Shown one piece after another: positions 8,542-18,724 of a stretch of 64,000 nucleotides of DNA. The DNA comes from Candidatus Aminicenantes bacterium (GTDB taxonomy: Bacteria > Acidobacteriota > Aminicenantia > Aminicenantales > UBA8522): positions 57,346 to 121,345 of the forward strand of contig JAFNEO010000040.1 of NCBI GenBank assembly GCA_017886205.1, read 5' to 3'. The stretch's first letter is position 1, and the number at the start of each line of letters is the position of its first letter. The notes under the pieces are model-generated. The model did no database searches and was not told the DNA's origin. It saw only the letters and a list, made by a program, of their open reading frames with translations. A program made the translations under genes and the position numbers.

Positions 8542-11061
8542 GTGGCCACGAGGTGTCCTAAATGCGATTTTGATAATACTCCTGACTCCAAGTTCTGCAA
8601 AGAATGCGGGACACAGCTCCCGGCGATCCCGAAAGTTGCTGTCACCGAAACGCTTGAAACCTCAAAAGAGGAACTCACCACAGGTTCCACTTTTGCCGGA
8701 CGTTATCAGATTATCGAAGAGCTGGGCAGAGGCGGAATGGGAAAAGTTTACAGGGTCCTGGACAAGAAGCTCAACGAAGAAGTCGCGCTAAAGCTCATCA
8801 AACCAGAAATCGCTTCGGATAAGAGAACTCTGGAACGCTTCAGTAACGAACTCAAGATTGCCCGAAAAATCGTCAACAAGAACGTCGGCCGGATGTATCA
8901 CCTGAGCGAGGAGCAGGGGACCTATTACATCACCATGGAGTACGTCCCCGGTGAAAATCTCAAGAGCTCCATCCGGAGATTCGGACCGTTGCCCATAGGG
9001 AAGACCATCTTTCTGGCAGTGCAAATATGCGAAGGGCTGGCCGAAGCCCATAAATTGGGTATCGTGCACCGCGACCTTAAGCCGGGCAACATCATGATCG
9101 ACGAAGAGGGAAATGCCCGCATCATGGATTTTGGGATCGCCCGGTCGCTTAAGGAGAGGGGCATCACGGGAGAGGGTGTAATTATTGGCACGCCTGAGTA
9201 TATGTCACCTGAGCAGGTTGAGGGAAAAGACGTTGACCAGAAGTCGGACATCTATTCTCTAGGAGTGATTCTTTACGAGATGGCGACCGGACGTGTCCCT
9301 TTCAGCGGAGATACGCCCTTAAGCGTGGCGGTGAAGCAAAAGACAGAAGCACCTGCGGATCCACGCAAGCTCAATGCCCAGGTCCCTGAAAACCTCAGCC
9401 AAGTTATTCTGAAATGCCTAGAAAAGACCAGGGAGAAACGGTATCAAACCGCCGAAGAATTGCATTCAGAGCTATCCCGTCTAGAGGAAGAAATCCCAAC
9501 TGCAGAACGGGCTATACCAAAAAGAAAGTCGACCAGATTAAAAGAGAACGCCGCTCGAGTAGGCAAAGCCAAGTGGAAGAAGGTCGGTCTCTACGGAGGC
9601 GCAGTTATTCTCTTGGCCCTTATCGTTTATGCCGGGCTTCATCTATTCACTGGCCGCCAGGAGGGCATAGATTCGATCGCCGTGCTCCCCTTTGAAAATG
9701 TGAATGCCGACCCGAACACAGACTACCTTTGTGATGGGATCACCGAAACCATCATCAATAAGCTCTCGCAGTTGTCCAACGTGAAGAAGGTCATAGCACG
9801 AAACTCGGTCTTTACCTACAAGGGCAAAACCGTAGACCCCAAAAAAGTGGGCCAGGAACTTGGGGTCAAAGCGGTCTTATTGACCCGGATGGTTCGACTT
9901 GGAGATCGGCTGACCATAAGCCCGACTTTGGTCAGGACAAAGGACAACAGCCAGATCTGGGGGGAGAGGTACGACCAGAAGTTCGAAGACATATTTTCCA
10001 TAGAAGAGAAAATAGCGACCTCCATCGTTCAAGCGCTGCGGGTGAAGCTGACCAAGCAGGATCAGCAGAAACTCTCCGAGAGGCCCATTGACAATGCCGC
10101 GGCTTATGAGTTCTATCTTAAGGCTCATTCCGAGATCATGCGCTTCAAAGAGAATGCCTTAGATCGTATCGTCCAAGATCTTCAGAATGCCCTTGACATC
10201 ACCGGCCCTAATCCACTTCTTTATTCGGCTATGGCTGACGCTTATCGTCAATATGTCAATATCGGCGCCAGACAAGAGGATTATTTAGCAAGAGCTGAGG
10301 AATATGCCAAGAAGGCTTTGGCTATAGACCCAAATTTCTCCAAAGCCTATGTCGTCCTCGGGTATATCTATGAATATGGAAACCAGCAAGAGGGGATTCG
10401 CTATTTCAAGAAGGCACTGGCTGTGAATCCGAATGAACCATATGCCTTGCGAAGGCTTGCGCTGATCTATCAAGATGTCGGAAAGCCCTCGGCGGCACTT
10501 CCACTCCTGGCAAGATATAAGAAAGTCGATCCGTTGAATCCGGACAATTATCTTCTCCAAGGATACTCGCATTTCTATGATGGTCAATTCGGCCTTGCGC
10601 TTGACCCGTCCCGTAAACAGTATCAATCAGATCCCGAGAATCCGATTAAAGCATTCTTCTATGCCCATACCTTGGCTTACAACAAAGCGCTTGATGAAGC
10701 TTTCTCTATTATTGATAAATGCGCCAAGACGGATCCGAACAATGTCATCAGCAAGTTCGGACTTCTGCTGAAATATGGGCTGCAGAAAGACAAAGAAAAA
10801 GCGTTCCAAATCATGACTCCCGATTTCCGAAAAACATGTCAACGGGACGGGGAATGGTCATATTATGTTGCGGACGCGTTTGCCTTGCTCGATGAAAAGA
10901 AAGAAGCCTTGGATTGGCTGGAGAATGCGGTCAACCGAGGCATTATCAATTATCCCTTTATCAATACGTACGACTCCTTCCTCGCCAACATCCGCGGAGA
11001 GGAGCGGTTCAAGAAGCTCATGGAGCGGGTGAAATACGAATGGGAGCATTTTGAGGAATAA
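8542..11061 (+). CDS. Zinc-ribbon Ser/Thr protein kinase with TM helix, TolB-like domain and TPRs (kinase 1)
   Basis: CPKC..CKECG, GRGGMG, HRDLKPGN, DFG, GTPEYMSPEQ, TM helix, SIAVLPF, TPRs. Confidence 0.92.
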   Translation: MATRCPKCDFDNTPDSKFCKECGTQLPAIPKVAVTETLETSKEELTTGSTFAGRYQIIEELGRGGMGKVYRVLDKKLNEEVALKLIKPEIASDKRTLERFSNELKIARKIVNKNVGRMYHLSEEQGTYYITMEYVPGENLKSSIRRFGPLPIGKTIFLAVQICEGLAEAHKLGIVHRDLKPGNIMIDEEGNARIMDFGIARSLKERGITGEGVIIGTPEYMSPEQVEGKDVDQKSDIYSLGVILYEMATGRVPFSGDTPLSVAVKQKTEAPADPRKLNAQVPENLSQVILKCLEKTREKRYQTAEELHSELSRLEEEIPTAERAIPKRKSTRLKENAARVGKAKWKKVGLYGGAVILLALIVYAGLHLFTGRQEGIDSIAVLPFENVNADPNTDYLCDGITETIINKLSQLSNVKKVIARNSVFTYKGKTVDPKKVGQELGVKAVLLTRMVRLGDRLTISPTLVRTKDNSQIWGERYDQKFEDIFSIEEKIATSIVQALRVKLTKQDQQKLSERPIDNAAAYEFYLKAHSEIMRFKENALDRIVQDLQNALDITGPNPLLYSAMADAYRQYVNIGARQEDYLARAEEYAKKALAIDPNFSKAYVVLGYIYEYGNQQEGIRYFKKALAVNPNEPYALRRLALIYQDVGKPSAALPLLARYKKVDPLNPDNYLLQGYSHFYDGQFGLALDPSRKQYQSDPENPIKAFFYAHTLAYNKALDEAFSIIDKCAKTDPNNVISKFGLLLKYGLQKDKEKAFQIMTPDFRKTCQRDGEWSYYVADAFALLDEKKEALDWLENAVNRGIINYPFINTYDSFLANIRGEERFKKLMERVKYEWEHFEE

Positions 11062-11077
11062 AAAGGAGCCAGGGGTT

Positions 11078-13630
11078 ATGAAATGCCCGAAATGCCAAGC
11101 TGAGAACCCCGAGACCAAGCAGTTCTGCGCTGATTGCGGAACCCGAATTCGGGGACATGTTCCGGATTCTCCGGAATCCAGTACGTGTCCCCAGAATTCC
11201 AAGGATGTCCACCCAGAAGTTACAGAGACTCTTCAAACGCCCGTTCACGAGCTGACCACAGGCTCAACCTTCGCCGGCCGCTACCAGATCATTGAGGAAC
11301 TTGGCCATGGCGGCATGGGCAAGGTCTATAAGGTCTTCGACACCGATATCAAGGAGAAAATTGCCCTCAAGCTGTTGCGACCCGAGATCGCCCTGGACAG
11401 GGAAACCGTGGAGCGCTTCTCGAACGAGATGAAGCTTGCCCGCAAGATCAGCCACCGGAACGTCTGCCGCATGTTCGACCTGGGCAAGGCCGAGGGCACG
11501 ACTTTCATTACCATGGAATTCGTGCCGGGCGAAGACCTGAAGAAGTTCATCCGGAAGACGGGTCAGCTCGGGCCTGGCCGGGCCGTCTCGATCGCCAAGC
11601 AGGTCTGCGAGGGCTTGGCAGAAGCGCATCATCTCGGGGTTGTCCACCGGGACCTGAAGCCCCAGAACATCATGGTGGATGAGGACGGAAATGCCCGGAT
11701 CATGGATTTTGGGATCGCCCGGTCGCTCAAGGTGAAGGGGATCACCGGCGCCGGGGTGATGATCGGGACTCCGGAGTACATGTCGCCGGAACAGATTGAG
11801 GGTAAGGAAATCGACCAACGCTCGGACATCTATTCGCTGGGCATCATCCTCTTTGAAATGCTGACCGGCCGCGTGCCGTTTGAAGGAGATACGCCGTTCA
11901 CGATCGGCGTCAAGCACAAGAGTGAGCCGCCGCGGAATCCAAGGGAACTCAACGGGCAGATTCCCGAGGAACTCAGCCTCCTGATCCTGCGCTGCCTAGA
12001 AAAAGATAAAGAAAAGCGATATCAGACGGCAGCGGATATCATTTCCGACCTGGATAAGATCGAAACAGGCCTGCCCACCACCGATCTTGTCGTGCCCCGG
12101 AGAAAAACACTCACCTCGCGGGAGATTACCGTCAAGTTCAGCCTGAAAAAACTACTTTTCCCCGGTCTTGCTATTGGAGCGCTCGTCATCGCGGCAGGGA
12201 TCATTCTCTGGCGCGCTCTCCCCAAGAAAGAAGGCGTTTCCCCCAAATCCGGTCCCCCATCCATCGCCGTGCTGCCTTTTGTCGATGACAGCCCGGAGAA
12301 AGGCCATGGGTATCTGTGTGAGGGATTGCCAAATACACTCATCAATGCCTTGAACAATATCCAGAATCTTCGGGTTCCGGCCAGGACCTCGGCTTTTTCA
12401 TTCGTCGGCAAAGGCATCGATATCCAGGGAATCGGCCAGAAGTTGAACGTTGAAAATGTGCTCGAAGGGAGCATCCAGGTTGTTGGGAATAACCTTCGCG
12501 TCACAGCCAGCCTGATCAAAGTGAATGACGGCTACCAGCTCTGGAATGCGACCTATGATCGAAAACTGGAGGACGTCTTCGCGATCCAGGATGAAATTGC
12601 CCAAGCCATCGTCAAAGCCCTGAAGATAAGGCTTCTGGGCGAGCAAGAAGAACGGCTCGTCAAGCGCGACACGGAAAATATGGAAGCCTACAAGCTTTAT
12701 TTGGAAGGGCTCTATTACTGGAACAAGCGGACGGGAAAAGACCTGAACAGGGCGATCGAGCTGTTTAGTCAGGCCATCGATAAAGACCCCGATTATGCTA
12801 TGGCTTACGTCGGGCTGGCCGACTCCTATAGCTTGCTCACAGTCTACGCTGATGCACGCCCCCAAGACGTGTATCCTCGAGCTAAAGCGGCAGCGACCAA
12901 AGCTCTCGAGATCAATGAGGCTCTGGCCGAAGCTCACAATTCCCTGGCCTATATATACGACCGCTACGATTGGAACTGGAAAGCCGCCGAAGCCGAATTC
13001 AAGCGGGCCCTCGAGCTCAATCCCAACTATGCGACGGGCCACTTCTGGTATGGTGAGCACTTGGCGTTTTTCGGCCGCTTTGAGGAATCCATCCGGGAGA
13101 TGAAGCGGGCTCTGGCACTCGACCCGGTTTCGCTTGTCATCAACGCCAGCCTGGGCTGGGCCTATATCATGGCTCAGCAGTTTGATGAGGCAATCGCCCA
13201 GTTGCATAAAACGCTCGAATTGGACCCCCATTTTTATTATGCCCGCATCATGCTCGGGTTTGCGCACCTCGATAAGAAGAATTTTTCCGAAGCCATCGAT
13301 GAGATGAAGAAAGGCAGGGAGCTTTCAGGCGACGCCCTCATGATGGTTACTGGATTAGGAGAAGTGTATGCCACGGCCGGAAAACTCGAGGAGGCGAAGG
13401 GGATTCTCGAGGAACTGGAGGCGAGATCCAAACAACAATACATCTCGCCATTCGCGTTGGCCCACATTTATGTGGCTATGGGCGATCTTGACAAGGCCTT
13501 CGAGTTGGCGGACAAGGCTTATGAGGAAAGAGACGAGAACCTTATTTCAATCAAGATCCACCCCACTTGGACCGTTGTTCGCTCGGACCCACGGTATAAG
13601 GCGCTGTTGGAAAAGATGGGCTTGGACTAA
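11078..13630 (+). CDS. Zinc-ribbon Ser/Thr protein kinase with TM helix, TolB-like domain and TPRs (kinase 2)
   Basis: Same motif set (HRDLKPQN, DFG, SIAVLPF, TPRs); RBS AAGGAG. Confidence 0.92.
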   Translation: MKCPKCQAENPETKQFCADCGTRIRGHVPDSPESSTCPQNSKDVHPEVTETLQTPVHELTTGSTFAGRYQIIEELGHGGMGKVYKVFDTDIKEKIALKLLRPEIALDRETVERFSNEMKLARKISHRNVCRMFDLGKAEGTTFITMEFVPGEDLKKFIRKTGQLGPGRAVSIAKQVCEGLAEAHHLGVVHRDLKPQNIMVDEDGNARIMDFGIARSLKVKGITGAGVMIGTPEYMSPEQIEGKEIDQRSDIYSLGIILFEMLTGRVPFEGDTPFTIGVKHKSEPPRNPRELNGQIPEELSLLILRCLEKDKEKRYQTAADIISDLDKIETGLPTTDLVVPRRKTLTSREITVKFSLKKLLFPGLAIGALVIAAGIILWRALPKKEGVSPKSGPPSIAVLPFVDDSPEKGHGYLCEGLPNTLINALNNIQNLRVPARTSAFSFVGKGIDIQGIGQKLNVENVLEGSIQVVGNNLRVTASLIKVNDGYQLWNATYDRKLEDVFAIQDEIAQAIVKALKIRLLGEQEERLVKRDTENMEAYKLYLEGLYYWNKRTGKDLNRAIELFSQAIDKDPDYAMAYVGLADSYSLLTVYADARPQDVYPRAKAAATKALEINEALAEAHNSLAYIYDRYDWNWKAAEAEFKRALELNPNYATGHFWYGEHLAFFGRFEESIREMKRALALDPVSLVINASLGWAYIMAQQFDEAIAQLHKTLELDPHFYYARIMLGFAHLDKKNFSEAIDEMKKGRELSGDALMMVTGLGEVYATAGKLEEAKGILEELEARSKQQYISPFALAHIYVAMGDLDKAFELADKAYEERDENLISIKIHPTWTVVRSDPRYKALLEKMGLD

Positions 13631-13642
13631 GGATAGAAATCC

Positions 13643-16177
13643 ATGAAATGCCCCAAGTGCCAGGCTGAGAATCCCGAGACCGTGAAATTCTGCGGGGAGT
13701 GCGGGACCCAGCTCGGGGGAGAGGGAATAGGGGGACATAAGGATATGCGCCCAGAGGTTACTAAAACTCTTCAAGCGCCTATCCAAAAACTGACCACCGG
13801 CTCAACCTTCGCGAACCGCTACCAGATCATTGAGGAACTTGGCAAGGGCGGGATGGGCAAGGTCTATAAAGTCTTCGACACCAAAATCAAAGAAAAGGTC
13901 GCCCTGAAGCTCATCCGGCCGGAGGTCGCCGCCGACAAGGACACGATCGAGCGCTTCTCGAACGAACTCCGGCTGGCCCGGAAGATCAGCCACCGCAATG
14001 TCTGCCGGATGTTCGACCTGGGGGAAGCGGAAGGCGCCCACTTCATCACCATGGAATATGTCGCCGGGCAGGACCTCAGGGGTCTCGTCCGGCAAACGGG
14101 CCGGCTCACGGCCGGGAAAGCGGTGTCGATTGCCAGGCAGGTCTGTGAGGGCCTGGAAGAAGCCCATAGGCTAGGAGTCATCCACCGCGACCTGAAGCCC
14201 GGGAACATCCTCATCGACAAGGACGGCAACGCCCGGATCATGGATTTCGGCATCGCCCGGTCGCTTGCGGGGAAGGGCATTACGGGCGCCGGAGTGATGA
14301 TCGGTACGCCCGAGTACATGAGCCCCGAGCAGGTCGACGGGACAGAGGTTGATCAGCGCTCGGATATCTATTCGCTGGGCGTTATACTTTATGAAATGGT
14401 GACAGGACGAGTTCCCTTTATCGGAGATACACCTTTGTCCGTGGCTGTGAAGCAAAAGACAGAAACCCCTCCAGACCCCAGCAAGCTCAATGCCCAGGTC
14501 CCGGAAAACCTTGGCCAGATTATTCTGAAATGCCTGGAAAAAGCCAAGGAGAAACGATTTCAGAGCGCCGAAGAATTGAAGGTTGAACTGACTCGCCTTG
14601 AGGAAGAGATCCCCACTGCGGAAAGGGTCATTCCCAAAAGGAAGCCCACCAAGTCAAGGAAGGTAGCCGTCGGGAAAGGCAAGATCCGGTGGGCTAAGAT
14701 TGCTCTTTGCGGCGGCGCGGCTATTCTTCTGGCCTTGATCGTCTATGCAGGCCTCTACCTAGTCTCCGGCCAAAAAGAGGTCATCGATTCGATCGCCGTT
14801 CTTCCTTTCGAGAACGTCAACGCCGACCCGGACACGGATTACCTCTGCGACGGGATCACCGAGACGATCATCAACAAGCTCTCGCAGCTGTCCAGTTTTA
14901 AAAAGGTCATTAACCGCACTTCGGTCTTCACATACAAAGGCAAAACTATTGACCCCAAGAGCGTGGGACAGGAACTTGGGGTCAGCGCGGTTTTATCAAC
15001 CCGGATGGTTCGACTTGGAGACCGTCTGACGATCAGCCCGACCCTAGTCCGAACCAAGGACAACAGCCAGCTTTGGGGGGAAAGGTACGACCGGAGGTTC
15101 GAGGACATCTTTTCCATCGAAGAGAATATCGCCACCTCCATCGTTCAAGCGCTGCGATTGAAGCTGACTGAGCAAGATCAGCAGAAAATCTCTGAGAGGC
15201 CCATCGAGAACGCATCGGCGTATGATTTATATCTCAGGGCGAATTCCGCGATCTGGAGCTTTAGGGAAGACGCCTTGGACCGTATCGTCCAGGATATTCA
15301 GAGAGCTCTTGATATCACCGGCGCCAATGCGCTTCTTTATACGGTTATGGCGAGCGCCTATTTTCAATACGTCAACATCGGCGCCAAACAAGAAGATTAC
15401 ATAGCGAAAGCGGAGGATTATGCGAACAAGGCTTTGGCAATGGATCCGAGCTTTTCTAAAGCCAATGTTGTCTTTGGGTACCTTTATCAGTACAGAAGCC
15501 AGAAAGAGGCCATCCGCTTTCTTAAGAAAGCCCTGGCCATAAATCCGAACGAATCGGATGCCCTGCGAGTACTCGTGTTTATTTACCAAGATGTTGGAAA
15601 GCCCTCGGCGGCACTTCCATTCATGGAGCGATTCAGGCAATCGGATCCGCTGAATTCTTACCATGATGTCCTTCAAGGATACTTCCGCTATTTTGACGGT
15701 CAGTTCAACTATGCGCTCGACGCCTTTCGCAAATCGTATCAGTCGAATCCGGAGAATCCGGTCAGAGGATTCGAGTATGCCCTTTTACTGGCCTATAACA
15801 AAGCATTCGATGAGGCCTTCTCAATCGTCGATCAAAGCGCCAGGGCGATTCCAAACAATGTCGGGACCAAGTTTGGGCTTTTGTTGAAATACGGGCTCCT
15901 GAAGAATAAAGAGAAAGCTTTTCAAATCATGACTCCCGATTTCAGAAAAACGTGTCGGCGCGATTTCGTTTGGTCATACTTTGTCGCACTTGGTTTCGCC
16001 TTGCTCGGCGAAAAGAATGAGGCTCTGGATTGGCTGGAGAACGCCGTCGACCGGGGCTTTATCAATTATCCCTTTATCAGCAAGCACGACACTTTCCTCG
16101 ACAACATCCGCGGCGAGGAGCGCTTCAAAAAGCTCATGGAGCGGGTGAAATACGAATGGGAGCATTTTGAGGAATAA
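13643..16177 (+). CDS. Zinc-ribbon Ser/Thr protein kinase with TM helix, TolB-like domain and TPRs (kinase 3)
   Basis: Same motif set; C-terminal half closely resembles kinase 1. Confidence 0.92.
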   Translation: MKCPKCQAENPETVKFCGECGTQLGGEGIGGHKDMRPEVTKTLQAPIQKLTTGSTFANRYQIIEELGKGGMGKVYKVFDTKIKEKVALKLIRPEVAADKDTIERFSNELRLARKISHRNVCRMFDLGEAEGAHFITMEYVAGQDLRGLVRQTGRLTAGKAVSIARQVCEGLEEAHRLGVIHRDLKPGNILIDKDGNARIMDFGIARSLAGKGITGAGVMIGTPEYMSPEQVDGTEVDQRSDIYSLGVILYEMVTGRVPFIGDTPLSVAVKQKTETPPDPSKLNAQVPENLGQIILKCLEKAKEKRFQSAEELKVELTRLEEEIPTAERVIPKRKPTKSRKVAVGKGKIRWAKIALCGGAAILLALIVYAGLYLVSGQKEVIDSIAVLPFENVNADPDTDYLCDGITETIINKLSQLSSFKKVINRTSVFTYKGKTIDPKSVGQELGVSAVLSTRMVRLGDRLTISPTLVRTKDNSQLWGERYDRRFEDIFSIEENIATSIVQALRLKLTEQDQQKISERPIENASAYDLYLRANSAIWSFREDALDRIVQDIQRALDITGANALLYTVMASAYFQYVNIGAKQEDYIAKAEDYANKALAMDPSFSKANVVFGYLYQYRSQKEAIRFLKKALAINPNESDALRVLVFIYQDVGKPSAALPFMERFRQSDPLNSYHDVLQGYFRYFDGQFNYALDAFRKSYQSNPENPVRGFEYALLLAYNKAFDEAFSIVDQSARAIPNNVGTKFGLLLKYGLLKNKEKAFQIMTPDFRKTCRRDFVWSYFVALGFALLGEKNEALDWLENAVDRGFINYPFISKHDTFLDNIRGEERFKKLMERVKYEWEHFEE

Positions 16178-16193
16178 AAAGGAGCCAGGGGTT

Positions 16194-18707
16194 ATGAAAT
16201 GCCCGAAATGCCAAGCTGAGAATCCCGAGACCAAGCAGTTCTGCGCTGATTGCGGAACCCAGCTTATAAATTCCAAGGATGTCCACCCAGAAGTCACAGA
16301 GACTCTTCAAACGCCCATCCAAGAGCTGACCACAGGCTCAACCTTCGCCGGCCGCTACCAGATCATCGAAGAGCTGGGCAAAGGGGGGATGGGGAGGGTT
16401 TATAAAGTCGTCGACACCAAGATCAGGGAAAAGGTCGCCCTGAAACTCATCCGGCCGGAGGTCGCTTCCGACAGGGATACGATCGAGCGGTTCAGCAACG
16501 AGCTTCGCCTGGCCAGAAAGATCCGCCACAAGAACGTCTGCGGCATGTATGACTTGGGAGAGGCCGAAGGCTCACACTTCATCACCATGGAATATGTCCA
16601 CGGCGAGGACCTTAAAAGCATGATCCGCATGTCCGGCAGCCTGAGCCTGGGGATGCTCTTAAGCGTCGGGAAGCAGGTCTGCGAAGGCCTTTCCGAAGCG
16701 CACAACCTGGGCGTCGTCCACCGGGACCTGAAACCTCAAAACATCATGATCGACAAAAATGGGAACGCCAAGATCATGGACTTCGGGATCGCCCGGTCGC
16801 TTGCGGGAAAGGGGATTACGGGCGCCGGGGTGATGATCGGCACTCCGGAGTACATGAGCCCGGAGCAGGCCGAGGCGAAAGAGGTTGATCATCGCTCCGA
16901 CATCTATTCCCTGGGCGTCATCCTGTACGAAATGGCGACGAGCCGCGTGCCGTTCAAGGGGGAGACGGCGCTCAGCATAGCCATGAAACACAAGGGCGAG
17001 GCGCCGAAAGATCCCAAGCAGCTCAATCCCGGCCTGCCCGACGACCTCAGCGGCGTCATCCTGAAGTGCCTGGAGAAGGACAAGGCCAAACGGTACCAGA
17101 GCGCTGCCGATGTCCGCTCCGAGCTCGAAAAGATCGAAAAGGGGATTCCCACGGCTGAGCGGTTCGTTCCAGAGCGCAAACCCATCACCTCGCGGGAGAT
17201 CACAGTAACATTAAAATTGAAAAAACTCGTACTTCCCTTTTCAGCGGCACTCGCGGTTATCGTTATTGGGCTGATCGCCTGGCGGCTTATCCTTCCGAAA
17301 AAGGGCGCCGCGCCCCTCTCTCGCGTCCGGTCGATGGCCGTCATGCCGTTTGAGGACCTCAGCCCGCAGAAAGATCAGGGCTATCTGTGCGAGGGCCTGG
17401 CCGACGAGTTAATCACGAGGCTCATCGGCGTCGAGCAATTGAAAATCCCGGCGCGGGCCTCGGCTTTCCTGCTGAGGGGGAAGGGGCCGCAGGAGATCGG
17501 GCAGAAGCTCGCCGTGGATGCCGTCCTCGACGGAACACTCCTCAGAGCCGATCAAAAGCTCCATGTTAATATCCAGATCGTCGACGCCCGCAGCGGCTAC
17601 GGCCTCTGGTCCGGGAAATTCGACGGCGATGAAGAAGGCCTTTTCAACCTGCGTGACAAGATCGCCTTGAAGATTCTCGAAAGTCTGGAGGTCAAGCTGC
17701 TCGGAGAAGCGCGGACAAAGGTTGTAAAAAACTACACTTCGAATCCGGAGGCTTATAATCTCTATCTCCAGGGTCGCTATTTCTGGAATAAGCGGGCGCC
17801 GGATGACGTGAAGAGGGCCATCGATTACTTCAACCAGGCGATCGTCCTGGACCCGGATTTTGCCCTGGCCTATTCCGGGCTCGCCGATAGCTACCTCATC
17901 CTCCCTCAATTCCCGGAAATCCGGACGAGCGAGGTCTTACCCAAAGCCAAGGACGCCGCACGCAAAGCCCTGGTCCTTGATGACACGCTTGCCGAGGCAT
18001 ATGTCTCGCTGGCTAATATCAAACAATCGGAATGGGACTTGCCAGGCGCAGAAAACGATTATAAGCGAGCCATCGAGCTCAACCCGAATTACCCGACCGG
18101 TCACCTCTGGTATTCTAATCTATTGGCCATGATGGGCCGAATGGACGAGTCCCAGGCGGAGATGAGACGGGCTCTCGAACTGGATCCCCTCTCTCTCCTT
18201 TTTAACGTGGTCAAAGCACTGAATTATTTGCAGATCAGAGAATTCGATCAGGCCATCGAGCAAGCCCGCAAAGCGGTCGAGCTCGACCCGAACTTCGTTT
18301 GGAGCCGTTGGTCGCTTGGCGTGTGTTTCCGGGCCAAAGGCATGTTCAAGGAGGCGGTTGCCGAGCTTGAAAAAGCAAGGGAGTTCTTGGGAAGCAGTTC
18401 TTCCGGACTGGGAGACCTCGGAATGGCCTATGCGCTGTCCGGAGAAAAAGCCAAGGCCGCTGAGGTGCTTTCCCTTCTCGAGGAGCACCTGCAAAGAGGT
18501 TATCTTGTGAACGCCGAGATCGCCTCTGTCCATCTGGGCCTCGGCAACAAGGAGAAAGCCCTGGAGTATCTGGACAAGGCGGCTGAGGATGAAGATGAGG
18601 TCGCCTACCTTGATGATGCCAATACCTTCTTATATGACCCTCAGTGGGAAAGCCTCCGCCCGGACCCTCGTTTTAAGAAGTTGCTGAAGAAACTGCATCT
18701 GGAATAA
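16194..18707 (+). CDS. Zinc-ribbon Ser/Thr protein kinase with TM helix, TolB-like domain and TPRs (kinase 4)
   Basis: Same motif set; 5' end nearly identical to kinase 2. Confidence 0.92.
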   Translation: MKCPKCQAENPETKQFCADCGTQLINSKDVHPEVTETLQTPIQELTTGSTFAGRYQIIEELGKGGMGRVYKVVDTKIREKVALKLIRPEVASDRDTIERFSNELRLARKIRHKNVCGMYDLGEAEGSHFITMEYVHGEDLKSMIRMSGSLSLGMLLSVGKQVCEGLSEAHNLGVVHRDLKPQNIMIDKNGNAKIMDFGIARSLAGKGITGAGVMIGTPEYMSPEQAEAKEVDHRSDIYSLGVILYEMATSRVPFKGETALSIAMKHKGEAPKDPKQLNPGLPDDLSGVILKCLEKDKAKRYQSAADVRSELEKIEKGIPTAERFVPERKPITSREITVTLKLKKLVLPFSAALAVIVIGLIAWRLILPKKGAAPLSRVRSMAVMPFEDLSPQKDQGYLCEGLADELITRLIGVEQLKIPARASAFLLRGKGPQEIGQKLAVDAVLDGTLLRADQKLHVNIQIVDARSGYGLWSGKFDGDEEGLFNLRDKIALKILESLEVKLLGEARTKVVKNYTSNPEAYNLYLQGRYFWNKRAPDDVKRAIDYFNQAIVLDPDFALAYSGLADSYLILPQFPEIRTSEVLPKAKDAARKALVLDDTLAEAYVSLANIKQSEWDLPGAENDYKRAIELNPNYPTGHLWYSNLLAMMGRMDESQAEMRRALELDPLSLLFNVVKALNYLQIREFDQAIEQARKAVELDPNFVWSRWSLGVCFRAKGMFKEAVAELEKAREFLGSSSSGLGDLGMAYALSGEKAKAAEVLSLLEEHLQRGYLVNAEIASVHLGLGNKEKALEYLDKAAEDEDEVAYLDDANTFLYDPQWESLRPDPRFKKLLKKLHLE

Positions 18708-18724
18708 CGCAGGGGAGGGATAAA

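Noticed and set aside
8542-18707. Diversity-generating retroelement acting on the kinase array
   Set aside because: No reverse transcriptase in the window, and differences between repeats are not adenine-specific.
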